Below, piece by piece: positions 55,001 to 63,982 of a stretch of 64,000 bases of DNA (position 1 is its first letter; the number at the start of each line of letters is the position of its first letter). This stretch comes from Giardia intestinalis (taxonomy: Eukaryota): NCBI GenBank assembly GCA_000002435.2, contig CM018792.1. One strand, given 5' to 3'. The position numbers and the translations under genes were made by a program. Under the pieces are notes generated by a model. That model was not told the origin of the DNA. It ran no database searches and saw only the letters and a list, made by a program, of their open reading frames with translations.

Positions 55001-56482
55001 GTGGCCAAGTACTACAGCGGTGGCATATTGTAAACACTTGTCCTGGGTCAACGAAGAGAGCTCATTCCCGAAGAAGATGTCATGAGCCAGGGTAATCAGG
55101 TTGGAAAGAGATAGCTCCGGCAGTATACCAAAAAGGTCGAGATTGGAAATCTTCCTCACGGTCTCAACCGGGTCCTGATCTTCAGGAGGTGGTGAAGGCA
55201 GACTTGAAGAAGCGTTGTTCCGTGATTCCAAGCAGATAGAAGAAAATGCAAACTTGAGAGACGCTTCTTTATCTGAGGGAGTGAGGGTTGAGAAATTCGT
55301 GGCATGGTCGCTCAGAAACTTTTTCACTGTAAGGCGACTATCCGGCAAAGAGATAATATTAAAACAAGAAGCAGTACTTAGGCGACTCATTTGAAGACCT
55401 GCCGCTATTTCTGTTATGGGAATTAATGGAGGAGCAGTCCCACGAGCATATATTATCTCCGCTACCATATTGGTTTTTAATGATGAGAAAAGATCTGTAG
55501 AGCTGCACGCAAATTTCCATCCTGGTGATATAAATAAGGTATTAGAAAACAATAGAGGGGCGACGGAAAAATCTAAAAAGGATTTTGAACCATTTATGAC
55601 ATTAATGGGAGACAAGGCATTAGACCTCAAGAATGATCTGTTTGCTACATGTGGAGAATAGAAAGCATGGCCATGCAATATAAGTGGTGGATCAAGTGTT
55701 TCAGTAGACCCTCTCCGCGCGCCCGGATAAGCTGGCGGAAGGCCGATTGCTGTAGAAGTATAGCGTAGGCTAGGCTCTAACACGCCATCTTCCTGCTCTG
55801 CTTCACTAGACCCACTGTCTTGGCTAGTTTCTGTCGATGACGACATGCTTATTAGAGTGGCGGGATCAGCTGATCCTGCAGGACTACTAGACATACTGAA
55901 CTCAAGAGTATTTTCACTATTGTTGGGTGTAGACAGGGAATGCTCCCCCAACTCGTGATTAGGCTGGACAACGGTGGCTTCTAAAGTAGACTCAGTGAGC
56001 ATATCTATAACGGTGGGAGCCTCGTTAGTATTAGATCTAAGTGTCTGCTGAGTGGATGGATTTGTATGGCCCCTTGTGGACTGATTGAGGGACTCAATTA
56101 TGTCCTGTCTGTCGCTAATAGAATGGGGCTCATGCTGGCAGCTCAGTATTATCTGCGCGGCCTGGTAATTCTGATGAAAAATAGCATATGTCAATGCCGT
56201 GTAGCCGTGATTATCAGCAATTGAGTGTTCAACCGGGGCTAGGACTTTAACAGCGTCGAGAAAGCCGGAGGAGGCAGCAAACATCAGCGCAGTCATCCCA
56301 TTAGCATCTCGCGTACCTGCCTCCAAAGGAATAAGGCTTTCAATGAGCCACAATTTTCTCATATAAACGGCGTAAAAAAGGCCCGATCGGCCAAACTCGT
56401 CGCAGTCTTTTGGTGAGGTCCGTAGGAGCTCGGTTATCTTCTCGTCTGATGCCACGGCGATGCATCTTGGCCAAGCGTGCAT
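52049..56482 (-). CDS. large ankyrin-repeat protein with C-terminal zf-C3HC4_3 RING (putative E3 ligase), 1477 aa
   Basis: ANK units near the N-terminus and in the middle ('[20 protein letters not shown]', '[21 protein letters not shown]', '[12 protein letters not shown]', '[20 protein letters not shown]'). RING '[42 protein letters not shown]'. ORF-track start 56581 is GTG; the first ATG is 56482 ('MHAWPRC'). Confidence 0.75.
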   Translation of the reverse strand: [1477 protein letters not shown]

Positions 56483-56649
56483 GGTATTAGATAACTTTTT
56501 GACGGGGCAATAAAAAAGTGAAACGGATTTGTGACTATTCAATCCTATTAGTGATTTTCTCGGTTCCAGCCATATTGACACAAGGCTGGGAGGGCTACCA
56601 GCTTTGTAAATTTAAATTCTCCTTGTCGTTTTCGGTTTCTTTTAAAGGC

Positions 56650-57822
56650 ATGGATGCACCAACTCCGACTCAGTGGCTCCCTTCTGCAGATTTCTTGTTG
56701 AGCAAAGATGGTGCTAACTTGATTCCAGAGAGACCCCTTCTAAACACTGTTGGCAATCTCAATTCCACTCGTCTTCACACACGAGATCACGCCCCCAGTG
56801 TTCCTTTAAGTATGAACCTTCTTGACGCAGCCACTTCCTTCTCTATTCATAGTCTGCCTGTATCTTCAAACCTAACTGCCACCAAGCATATACATGATAT
56901 TTTCTTGTCTGGCGTCCAGGATTCTAATTTGGCAGAGACCACTGAGGCGCCAGCGTCATCTCGATCGCCTAATATAAACATGCATCAAGATACTAAGTCC
57001 GCTGACCCTAGTTTGTTCTCGAAGTTGACAGCTGCACTGCACGCAAACGAAAGCCTTGCCGCAGATGTACAGATGCTCAGGGAGGAAAATCAGACCTTAA
57101 GAAATGCTTCTGTCTTGACCGCAGGTCTCGCAGAACCACGGAAGGACTTCAACGCAACAAGCATCAATCTTCTAGAAGCACTTGCAGAAGATGAGCAATC
57201 CAAAGATCGGATGATTATTTCGTTGAGAGTGACGGCTACTAGTCTTGAGAAGCAGAACAGAGAGTTGGAGGGTCAGGTCAAAGATATGCAGGAGCAACTT
57301 TCCCTCTTAGCACTGGCCAAGCAAGATGATAATTTGGAGATGTCTGAGGCATCTGCTACAGCAGCAAGTCTTCACTGGAAACTAGAAGCCGCAACTAAGC
57401 AGATAGCTGCGTTAACAAACGAACTCCGGGTGAAGGATGCGACCATAGACGCATTACAGAAGAATGTCGACAATTTGACGGCGCAAGTGCAGCGGTTCAT
57501 AGGCGTTAACTCGACCCTGACGCGCTGTATTTCTGAGGCCACGGTTCCAGAATCTTCTCTTAGCTCCGTGAGTACCGCCGACTTACAAGGAAAGTTAGAA
57601 ATGTATCGGCTCATGAATAGGCAATATGAGATGGGCATGGAGACTTTAGTCGCTGAGCAGAAGGCGACAGATGAGATGCTCTCTCTATTGATGGATCGTG
57701 CAACGGCGATGAGCTCACGTCTCGATCATATAGAGAGCTCCGTCGTCGCAGTCTCTCGTGACAGGCTGGTTGACATTTATCGACGGCGGCTGGAGGCTGC
57801 AAACCTTCATGTAAATGGATAA
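56650..57822 (+). CDS. coiled-coil hypothetical protein, 390 aa
   Basis: ORF-track start 56518 is GTG; ATG at 56650 ('MDAPTPTQW') is preceded by 'TTTTAAAGGCATG'. Heptads occur over aa ~150-330. Confidence 0.6.
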   Translation: MDAPTPTQWLPSADFLLSKDGANLIPERPLLNTVGNLNSTRLHTRDHAPSVPLSMNLLDAATSFSIHSLPVSSNLTATKHIHDIFLSGVQDSNLAETTEAPASSRSPNINMHQDTKSADPSLFSKLTAALHANESLAADVQMLREENQTLRNASVLTAGLAEPRKDFNATSINLLEALAEDEQSKDRMIISLRVTATSLEKQNRELEGQVKDMQEQLSLLALAKQDDNLEMSEASATAASLHWKLEAATKQIAALTNELRVKDATIDALQKNVDNLTAQVQRFIGVNSTLTRCISEATVPESSLSSVSTADLQGKLEMYRLMNRQYEMGMETLVAEQKATDEMLSLLMDRATAMSSRLDHIESSVVAVSRDRLVDIYRRRLEAANLHVNG

Positions 57823-57989
57823 ATAGCCGGCTATCTTTACATGACTTTTACTCCGGAATGCGTGGAGGAAATGGCGCAAGATAAAGTCGCAATGATACAC
57901 TCACTACCACGCTTTCCGCTACTTAGTGCATTAGACAAAGAAGCAGCAGAACTTAATAAAACAGGCTCGGATATCATCAGTTTTTGCCG

Positions 57990-59168
57990 ATGGCTGATCG
58001 TTTGAAATCGATAATGGAACATGCCCCGGCTTGCAACGCTGCAGAGGAGCCTTCTGTTCTGGAAAACGTCCCTGGGTATGGATCTGTCCTAAAGCAGACC
58101 AGATCTTTTCTTGACCGGCGGACACGACGGTCTCCATATCGACCAGAAACAGCTAGACTTTACTCACATCGGCAGAGAGATGGGCTGATTATCCCTCTAT
58201 CGAGCGGCCCTGATCAAGCCACTAGCCCATCTACTAACACCCCCAAGTCCAACAGGCCCAGCTCAGCAGCATCTGTTTTGCCCCCTGATGTCGAGGCCTC
58301 TCTTACCTGTCTCCTTGCAGCTGCCAAGTCTTTCAGTACAGTTATGACACACTATGACATTAACGACCTGACCAGAATTCGCGAGGCTTCTGCGAGCTTC
58401 AAGGATATTAAGCATGAGGACATAAGCACTGGTGCCTTATACAAGCGACATATGGAGACCACACGTGACCTTTCTCTGTCCAATTTGTATCCCACAAAAT
58501 GTTCTGCAAACTCAGACGGCAAGCTAAGTTTGAGTCGTCCAACACATACTTTTAGCTTACTACGGGCATCTAGTAAGTACCATGCCGATAACAAAAGCCA
58601 TACACAATTGGAAGCCCTACAATATGAGATTGATCAATCCACAAAGAAGTGTAAGAGCGACTTTCAAGCGTTAGTACTGCCCACAGACAAGACCGAAATA
58701 GAAAGCCGGCACTTTCCGGCCATAAGTTTTTCCTTGACAAGTGCCTCATCCACAGAAGCGTCAGATATGGCCAAAATGGAACGGCTAGGCACCTTGCTCC
58801 TATCTGAGCGTGTACCAGCCATTATTTTGGGAAGACATGACTTCTCACTCGCACGGAAATTGGTTGCCCTTGAGCTGGATACTGTTTCCATGGACTGCCA
58901 GATCCTAATTTATACACTGAAAACACAGACAAAGATGGGCTCCGTTAAACTCTATGAGGTGGTAACCCCCCAGCGAGCGTTAAATGACACCAGTATAGAT
59001 TTACTGGGCACATATGGCGTATCACTCTTCGATCTTAACGTCATGAAAACACCTGACATGACTGAGCTCATAGAGTTTAAAGGGTCGGGCTCTATGTTTG
59101 CTCTCCTGCTCTCTGGACAACATGCCAGATTGTTACTTACTATGCTTGATAAGGTTCTAGTTAAATAG
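57990..59168 (+). CDS. hypothetical protein, 392 aa
   Basis: ORF-track start 57984 is TTG; ATG at 57990 ('MADRLKS'). No family recognised. Confidence 0.55.
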   Translation: MADRLKSIMEHAPACNAAEEPSVLENVPGYGSVLKQTRSFLDRRTRRSPYRPETARLYSHRQRDGLIIPLSSGPDQATSPSTNTPKSNRPSSAASVLPPDVEASLTCLLAAAKSFSTVMTHYDINDLTRIREASASFKDIKHEDISTGALYKRHMETTRDLSLSNLYPTKCSANSDGKLSLSRPTHTFSLLRASSKYHADNKSHTQLEALQYEIDQSTKKCKSDFQALVLPTDKTEIESRHFPAISFSLTSASSTEASDMAKMERLGTLLLSERVPAIILGRHDFSLARKLVALELDTVSMDCQILIYTLKTQTKMGSVKLYEVVTPQRALNDTSIDLLGTYGVSLFDLNVMKTPDMTELIEFKGSGSMFALLLSGQHARLLLTMLDKVLVK

Positions 59169-60293
59169 ATCCCGCTCTTCAATGGAGATGCGCCACATGT
59201 TAATATAGCCATCATCACCTCCGCTGCACACAACAATATGTCCATCGGTGCCGGCGAATTGCGTGACATCACAGACAGCATTAACCTCACCGTCATGTGC
59301 GCCAGTAATGCAAACTATCGGGGCTGCGGTCCCCGTGGCGATGTTTATGACAGAGAGACAAACCGCACCATCTTGTCCTACTGTGGCAACATATGTACTA
59401 AGTGCTTTTGACGTGCTCTTCGGCTCCGCCAAGGATATGTCATAAATTGGCCGCTGCCCGTGCAGGATAGTGCATCCTGTCTGTTTAACACCACCCTCAA
59501 CGATACTATAACAGCGAACACATCCATTTCCATCAACTGTTAGTATAGAGTTACCGTTAGCTGTGAAGATTGCAGTCCAAACGGTGTGGCAAGAGGACTT
59601 GGATGCCAGTATTTCGGAATCGGGTGCATTTAGTTCACAAGAGTTCAGATCAAGTTCAGATTTGGTTGCTCCTGCTAACACCCATGATTCTATCTCTTCT
59701 TCCCCAAGTTCGTCTGCCACCTCTATGCAACGTTTGTAGAGACAGATATTGTTGTCATAGGATGCAGAAACTAGATAAGTTCCATTTCTATTAAAACGAA
59801 CACACTTGATGTCTTCTGTGTGGTTGTTGAAAAGACCTATGCAGTCATAATCTGGGGAGTCGGAGCACGGCCGCCAAAACGACACGAAGCGGTCTCTGCT
59901 GCAAGTCGCCACCGTTCCCTCTTTAGATATATCAATTGACTTGATCTCCTTCTCGTGTGCATTGGCTATAACAGCTGTAGGCTGAAACGGATCGTCCTGA
60001 GTCAGTTCGTTAACTAAATCATACACATATATGGATCCGTCGTAGGCAGCGACAACCAGATGCTGATCGTTAGCAGAGAAAGCGCAATCCCGGACAGTGA
60101 TTGGGTCACCGTGACCGGGTCGTAGACGTTGCACTGGCTGCAGAGATAGGTCCTTTGACACCCTCCATATCGCTACACTGCCGTCCGAGGAGCATGACGC
60201 TACAAGCTCTCCGGTGTGCGAAGCCCGCAGCCTCCAAATTCTGTCGGTATGGGCAGCAGTATGGTTCAAGAGAGAAACTCTATCACTCACCAT
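59157..60293 (-). CDS. CIAO1: CIAO1/Cia1 homologue (cytosolic Fe-S cluster assembly WD40 protein), 378 aa
   Basis: 'GELVASCSSDGSVAIWRV', 'TVATCSRDRFVSFWRP' (CIAO1 'LATCSRDKSVWVWEV'), 'YLVSASYDNNICLYKR' ('LLASASYDDTVKLYRE'), 'HTVWTAIFTANG' ('HESTVWSLAFDPSG'), and a terminal 'CSGGDDGYINMWRI'. ATG 60293 has an A/T-rich leader. Confidence 0.8.
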   Translation of the reverse strand: MVSDRVSLLNHTAAHTDRIWRLRASHTGELVASCSSDGSVAIWRVSKDLSLQPVQRLRPGHGDPITVRDCAFSANDQHLVVAAYDGSIYVYDLVNELTQDDPFQPTAVIANAHEKEIKSIDISKEGTVATCSRDRFVSFWRPCSDSPDYDCIGLFNNHTEDIKCVRFNRNGTYLVSASYDNNICLYKRCIEVADELGEEEIESWVLAGATKSELDLNSCELNAPDSEILASKSSCHTVWTAIFTANGNSILTVDGNGCVRCYSIVEGGVKQTGCTILHGQRPIYDISLAEPKSTSKALSTYVATVGQDGAVCLSVINIATGTAAPIVCITGAHDGEVNAVCDVTQFAGTDGHIVVCSGGDDGYINMWRISIEERDLFN

Positions 60294-60365
60294 TCTTTGT
60301 CAACAAATTTTAAGTTTTAAAATTTATTGCAATTTAGCATTACCCTATCAGCTGACATAAAGGAT

Positions 60366-61391
60366 ATGTCTTGCTCCGCCTTTGGCATGGGACAAGCCGA
60401 TGGTAGCTCCTCTTTGGCATCTTTGTCCTTGCAAGGGGACTCCCAATTAAGCCTACCACGCCCGAACCATGCACAAAGATCGCAAAGAGCTCTGGAACTT
60501 GCAGAGCCGGAAGGACAGACGGAGTCATTCCATCCATCATCTGAAGCTTGCGGAGAAGTGGATGACGCCTTATTAGGCATTTCATCTTACTGCTTTGCAA
60601 GAATAGAGAGACTCCAGCAGGAGCTCACTAGTACTCAGAAGCGTCTCTACGCTGCCGATTCACAACTAGAAAACACGCAGAGGGAGCTCACTACTGCACT
60701 CCACAATCTAGAGCACCAAAAGCAAATGCGAGAACACCAACAGCGCGTCATGGACCGCATTGTGGAGTCCAAAGTAGCTCTGGAAGCCAAGCTAGATGAG
60801 CTAGAGTCGCTTCTCGACGAGGACATAGGCATGTATATCCGATTTCGGCAACAGACAACGCGGTGTATCCTCGCATTTGAAGAGGAGGTACACTCGCTGA
60901 AATCGGAGCTCTTAAAAGTTAAACAAGATAACATATTTTGTCGATGGAAGAACCTGACCCTTTCTGACGAGGTTGTCCATCTTACCGCCATGAATTCCCT
61001 TCTCAAACAGAAAATAGTTGCCCTAGAAAATCAGGCTGTGGACCATGATATGCAGCACAGTGCATTGGAAGTCCACAAGAAAAAGGAAGTGAGAGCCTAC
61101 CAATCGACGATCAATACTCTTGAGAAGCAATGTTTTTACTTCAAATCAAAGTACACCGAAATTGAGAGACAGCATGCTAAGGCAAGTCTGGATCTAACTG
61201 TGATGAAAAGCATCATAAAGGGAAAGGATGCAGAGATCAAGAAGCTAACAGAAAAATTGCAGTCCGCTATAATGACAAGGACCAATTGGGTGCAAACAGT
61301 TGACAAGAAGAAGATACATACTGCCACTAATGACGCTCTTGCTCAATTGCAAATATCTAAAGAGTTGTTGGCTAAAATACTAAAGAAGTGA
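60366..61391 (+). CDS. coiled-coil hypothetical protein, 341 aa
   Basis: ORF-track start 60327 is TTG; ATG at 60366 ('MSCSAFG'). The coiled coil is nearly continuous ('RIERLQQELTSTQKRLYAADSQLENTQRELTTALHNLEHQKQM...'). Confidence 0.6.
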   Translation: MSCSAFGMGQADGSSSLASLSLQGDSQLSLPRPNHAQRSQRALELAEPEGQTESFHPSSEACGEVDDALLGISSYCFARIERLQQELTSTQKRLYAADSQLENTQRELTTALHNLEHQKQMREHQQRVMDRIVESKVALEAKLDELESLLDEDIGMYIRFRQQTTRCILAFEEEVHSLKSELLKVKQDNIFCRWKNLTLSDEVVHLTAMNSLLKQKIVALENQAVDHDMQHSALEVHKKKEVRAYQSTINTLEKQCFYFKSKYTEIERQHAKASLDLTVMKSIIKGKDAEIKKLTEKLQSAIMTRTNWVQTVDKKKIHTATNDALAQLQISKELLAKILKK

Positions 61392-61399
61392 GGAAGGGG

Positions 61400-63982
61400 T
61401 TAGGCGTCAGCTCCACCATTCGTTTGGGTGGTGCTATCGCTGGAGTCACTGTCCTCTATATTGCCGTCACCAAATGTCGCTTGTGGGGAAAAGAACAGGG
61501 TATCCATTTCTGGCACAGCAGCATTTGGCTTGAGGACATCAATTGTGGGTATCGCACTGACAGCCTCATTCTTTTCTATGCCCATCGAGTTGTCCACGCC
61601 CCCAACTGGATCATTTGTCTGGTTTGTTTCTTGTCTGTGACCAAGAAATGCTCCTATGGTGAGGCTGGGAGGAACCGGAACCGGAGCTGGAGCTTGGGCA
61701 TTGGCGGATGTTCGTGACTGCTCATTAATTAGAGCTGTTTTTTCATGACTGAACAACGCCATGCTTAGGCATGGCTTTGACAAGGTCTTGTTGTCCATAC
61801 CGAGCATGGCACGCGATTGAGACTTGGGCATGTACTTCACAAGGCTATCATCACTGGATGTGTTTATAGTTTCCCTACTAATGGACAGGTTCGACATCGC
61901 ATGTGGTAGTGACGCGTCAGGCACAATGTTGTCTTGGTGCGCGCACCCAACGGAGCCTCCTCCCGCAAGTTGTCCCGTTGCCATGGTAGGAATCCCGTCT
62001 GGGCTCATGCTATCAATTCCCACTATTCTAGGGGCACCAGGTAGATGGGGCAGGTCCATACTGAGGCGTAAGTTAGCGAAGGACTTCCTACTCTCTGAAC
62101 TCACGAGGCCCTTCTGGTTAAATTCTCCCAAGAACCGCATTGACAACATGTTTCGTTGATGATCTAGCGCGTCTGGGGCTGCTATCTCTAAATTTAGCTT
62201 CTGTGCAAGGAGGTGCCGCTCTCCAGGGGGTAGCTCTGCTAACACATCACGTGCTCTCTCTTCCTCGCCGGCTGCTAGAAGCGATTGAATTTCGTTCAGG
62301 GCATCTTGGCGTTTCCGTAGTAGGAGATCATCAACTTCCTTTTGCATGTCTCGCTCCATCTTGTCTTCCTCCTCAGCGATGAGCATGAGCTTCTTCATTA
62401 TTTCCCCCTCGTTTGTTATCTTTTTGCGCAGAAACGCTTTTTGCAGCGCGCCGTCGAACTTTTGCACAAATCGATCCCAAGAGTTGATCATCCCCTTGTT
62501 CCAGCCAATAGCGTCTATGGATAGGAGTGTCTGTTGGAACACTAGGTCCATTGTCAGGATCGAGAGGTCTATTCGGTGGCCGTCAAGGGGTGTGTTGAAT
62601 GGGTATTCGCGCTCTCTAGCAATGCGCAGCTTCTTGATAAAGAAGCCCAACGGAAGCCCTTGTATCACTATTGTAAACAAAATAATGATGCTGGTGATGA
62701 AGATAATATTGTTTTGCACGTTGATTGCGTTGGTGAGGTCTTGCCCGGTGGTCCCCTCAGGTATTGTGACGAGTGCAGTGGACAACGCAAATGAAATGGC
62801 TCCTCGCAGCCCGGCCATGATCATAATGAATTGTTCCTTCAGCGGAATCATTTCGTTTCTCATCTTTCGCCGTATGTTCAGGAGGGCTGTCAGGAGCAGT
62901 ACTGACAGAATCCTGGCAACAAGCACCAGCCCCAATGCAATGAGCAGGAAGACGTAGTCGATTTTGCTTTTCCCAACGATCTTGTCCCTGGTCAAGAAGG
63001 AGATTTGCATGCCCATGTCGAAGAAAATAAGGGCCTCAAACGAAGAAGCAAACATCTTCATGGTTATATGCATGGTCTCAACTGAGCTATGAGCCCAGTT
63101 CGGCTCTGAGTAGCGCGAGAGCAGCAGGCCAGAAATTATAATACTGATGATCCCGCTAAAGAGTAGAGAGTCTGCAAGCTGAAATGTTCCATATGCGCAG
63201 ATAAGGGCAAGGAATGGCTCCAAGTACCGAAGCCTGTTTTTCTTATACTTTAGAATAATGCATGCAAGAAATGTGATTGACGCACCTACAAGCATTGCAA
63301 ACGTGACAGAAACTATAAACTTCAGAATACCAATTCCAACAATTTGCAGATTGCTGTAGTGATGCTCCTTGAGCTGGTCAAGGTTGGAAAAGAGACTGTA
63401 GAGCACAATACTTACACCATCATTGAGGACCGATTCTCCGAAGGACATGTTGTAGAGGTTCCTGTTCACCTTGAGATCGAGCATGACTGCCATCACAGAC
63501 ACAGGGTCGACGGCAGATATCAGTGCTGCAAAGGCAAATATTTGGCTAGTCGTGTAGAGCTGCAGGACAAAGTAGCGCTTCAAAGCGTGCAGCAAGAAGG
63601 CAATGAAGAGGGTGTTCATGAGGGTGCCGACGACGGCGTAAACCATGATCTCAGCGAAGTTGTGGAAGAACGAGGTCTTGTCTAGGGTGTATGCCGACTC
63701 GAAAATGATGATGGGGACCAGCAGGAAGAGAAAAATATCATGGCTGAACTTGAAGAGGTTTTCCAGATACGTGGCCTCGGCGCTGGAAATTGCCGAAATA
63801 ATAACTCCAAGACCCACGCCGAGGAAGACAAGAAAGGTTGATTCCGGGACATACCGCGAGGCCTTGGGGTGCGATGTGTAGAACATTCTCACCACCGTGA
63901 GGAGCGCGAAGATACCGACTATGAAGAGAATGGCGCCCGAGACGGGGGTGACGTGCCAGCCGAAGTACTTGAAGCCAGACAT
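61400..63982 (-). CDS. Na+/H+ exchanger (CPA1/NHE family), 860 aa
   Basis: ~12 TM helices in the N-terminal ~450 aa, with the NHE-typical 'FFLFLLPPIIFESAY'-like segment 'IFLFLLVPIIIFESAYTL', 'GESVLNDGVSIVLY' (NHE 'GESLLNDAVTVVLY') and 'ALLLSAIDPVSV'-like 'AALISAVDPVSVMAVM'. Long hydrophilic C-terminal regulatory tail. ATG 63982. Confidence 0.85.
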   Translation of the reverse strand: MSGFKYFGWHVTPVSGAILFIVGIFALLTVVRMFYTSHPKASRYVPESTFLVFLGVGLGVIISAISSAEATYLENLFKFSHDIFLFLLVPIIIFESAYTLDKTSFFHNFAEIMVYAVVGTLMNTLFIAFLLHALKRYFVLQLYTTSQIFAFAALISAVDPVSVMAVMLDLKVNRNLYNMSFGESVLNDGVSIVLYSLFSNLDQLKEHHYSNLQIVGIGILKFIVSVTFAMLVGASITFLACIILKYKKNRLRYLEPFLALICAYGTFQLADSLLFSGIISIIISGLLLSRYSEPNWAHSSVETMHITMKMFASSFEALIFFDMGMQISFLTRDKIVGKSKIDYVFLLIALGLVLVARILSVLLLTALLNIRRKMRNEMIPLKEQFIMIMAGLRGAISFALSTALVTIPEGTTGQDLTNAINVQNNIIFITSIIILFTIVIQGLPLGFFIKKLRIAREREYPFNTPLDGHRIDLSILTMDLVFQQTLLSIDAIGWNKGMINSWDRFVQKFDGALQKAFLRKKITNEGEIMKKLMLIAEEEDKMERDMQKEVDDLLLRKRQDALNEIQSLLAAGEEERARDVLAELPPGERHLLAQKLNLEIAAPDALDHQRNMLSMRFLGEFNQKGLVSSESRKSFANLRLSMDLPHLPGAPRIVGIDSMSPDGIPTMATGQLAGGGSVGCAHQDNIVPDASLPHAMSNLSISRETINTSSDDSLVKYMPKSQSRAMLGMDNKTLSKPCLSMALFSHEKTALINEQSRTSANAQAPAPVPVPPSLTIGAFLGHRQETNQTNDPVGGVDNSMGIEKNEAVSAIPTIDVLKPNAAVPEMDTLFFSPQATFGDGNIEDSDSSDSTTQTNGGADA

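Noticed and set aside
3001-57989. tRNA genes in the intergenic spacers (3001-3157, 4826-4973, 11472-11586, 51738-52048, 57823-57989)
   Set aside because: I scanned by eye for GTGGC…GGTTCGAATCC-type T-arm/acceptor signatures. No cloverleaf-compatible segments were found.
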